A stretch of 37,522 nt of DNA from Intoshia linei (lineage: Eukaryota > Animalia > Orthonectida), in NCBI GenBank assembly GCA_001642005.1, contig LWCA01000238.1, positions 1-37,522 on the forward strand. Direction: 5' to 3'. Of this stretch, positions 35,925-37,522 are shown piece after piece. Made by a program: the position numbers and the translations under genes. Within the stretch, counting starts at the first letter, position 1. Every line of letters starts with the position of its first letter. The notes beneath the pieces were generated by a model that was not told where the DNA came from, ran no database searches, and was given only the letters and a program-made list of their open reading frames with translations.

Positions 35925-37177
35925 TTAGGTCATTCACAAAGTAATGTCGTTTTTATAACTATAATTAAAACTTCTATAATAACAATTTTGATTAACCTTT
36001 ATTCTACAAAATATTCTCCATTGCATTCAACAATTCTTCTCCAACGTTCCGGTAACTTCTTAATTCCATTTTGAAAAAAACTCTGGCTTTTATTTGTTAA
36101 AAAGGTATCAATGTCAGATTTTAAACGCTCAATTGAATCGTATTTTTTCCATGGTAATGGTTACTCATCAACATAAAAAGGTGATAGTCAGAAGGAGCAA
36201 TGTCTGGAGAATATGGTGAGTGATCTAATACCTCATAATTAAGGTCCATTAAATGTTTTATAGTCTTTATAGTAGTATGAGGTCTAGCATTGTCCTGCAG
36301 AGAACATTCGAGGTCTTTTACGGTAAATTGCATCGGTCAATTTATCCAATTGTTCGCAATACTTTTCCGCATTAATGGTTTATTTGTATAATAAATTATG
36401 CCTTTCATATCCCACCAAATACTCATCATTACCTTTTTATCATGGAGTTCTGGTTTTGAAGTCAATATCGGTGATTCCTGAGAAGATAGCAATTGTTTTT
36501 TCAATTTAGTATTATCACAATGTATCCATTTTTCATCACCAGTCAGAATATTTTCTAAAAACGGTTTATTTTTCAGTCTGGCTAGTAATAATTGGCATAC
36601 GTTTTTTATATTGAATTTATGTTAAATTGTTAATAAGTGGGGTACCCATATTCCAGACTTATTCACTTTTTTTAAACGTTTCAAAAAATTAAAGGCACTG
36701 ATTTCTGAACAGCTGGCAACAATGAAAAGCGATTGACATGTTTGAATTGGAGATTTTTTCAATTCACTTTTTATTTGATTAATATCAACAGTTGAAAGTC
36801 TACCGGAACGTTGGAAATCCATTAGGGTGTAGTTTTCATCTCGAAGTATTTTAAACCATCTTTGACATTTTCTGTGATTTAAAATATCCTTACCATACAC
36901 AGCACATATATTTTTGGTAGCTACCACTGCACTAAGGTCCTTAAAGTACTCATACAGTAAAATATGACGTAAATGTTCCTCAAAATCATAAAATATTTCG
37001 TCTAAATAGCCATTGAATAAATGTAGATTTAAATAAATTACGTTCTCATTTGATGTGGTCGTACACATGATTGTTAAAAAATATTTTATATTTCGAAATA
37101 TGTGAAATCTTATCGGTGATAAAGCGTTTATAATTAATGGTATTAATAAAAACGACATAAATTTGTGATTCACCTGA
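35925..37177 (-). mobile_element. Full-length decayed mariner transposon (1253 bp)
   Basis: TA-flanked imperfect TIRs of about 29 bp: ttaggtcattcacaaagtaatgtcgtttt and aaaacgacataaatttgtgattcacctga. Confidence 0.92.
35990..36990 (-). pseudogene. Mariner transposase pseudogene
   Basis: HLRHILLYEY, CQRWF, RSGR, WVPHLL, ILTGDEKWI, QDNARPH and HSPYSPDIAPSDYHLF are spread over several frames by a stop and frameshifts. Confidence 0.93.
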
Positions 37178-37522
37178 TAGAAATACACTATATTAACCCA
37201 TATACTCCCAGACAAATTTTTCCAATTTTTTGGCTTCGATTTTTCCAAAAATTTGGGAAGTTAATACATACTTGCCTATTTCTCACCATATATAATTTTA
37301 GGTAATTACTAATTGTAGTTATGGAGTTATTTCACATTCCATATGTTCACATTGGGGGAATAATGCAAATAAAAGCGTGTATATATAAAACCTCATCGTC
37401 AATATACCTAATTATTTTATCAAATTGTAGCCAATACATGAGTTCATCATATGGTATTCATTAAATTTAGTTATCACAACTTTAACATAAAAAAATATAA
37501 AAAATTTTTTCAGTGAATTTTT

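Noticed and set aside
36990-37248. N-terminal part of the 208-aa ORF as a host-transposase fusion
   Set aside because: It reads through flank, TIR and the mariner 5'UTR from a TTG start. This is chance openness, and the transposase is broken.
1-37522. Prokaryotic-type systems (CRISPR, defence operons, retrons), tRNA and rRNA
   Set aside because: No regularly spaced repeat-spacer array or structural RNA was seen. The genes are spliced eukaryotic genes, and the only RT is a LINE fragment.

Overview
Very AT-rich eukaryotic (metazoan) genomic DNA with spliced GT-AG genes. Many introns are only 33-52 nt, while others are kb-long and packed with transposon remnants. I reconstructed five host genes by hand: (1) a RanBP2-type zinc finger + F-box + LRR gene (+, 2457-10614); (2) a divergent cullin-4-like gene (+, 11658-20776, about 20 exons); (3) a secreted, probably GPI-anchored protein made of two GPR158/179-like Cache-EGF ectodomain modules with no 7TM domain (-, 21207-25609); (4) an LCAT/PLA2G15-family phospholipase/acyltransferase (+, 26383-28487); (5) a RING-containing brat/NCL-1 TRIM-NHL gene with a single coding exon (-, 29965-32478). 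Mobile DNA includes five copies of a non-autonomous Helitron family, a 5'-truncated LINE inside one of them, a nest of hAT and Tc1/pogo MITEs with readable TSDs in one intron, a pogo/Tigger derivative, a full-length decayed mariner, and FLYWCH and hATm-like transposase fragments. I found no rRNA, tRNA or CRISPR. Tiny introns and extreme AT content suggest a compact invertebrate genome such as an orthonectid; this is inference only. Exon boundaries were read manually and may be off by a few bases. No database searches were run.
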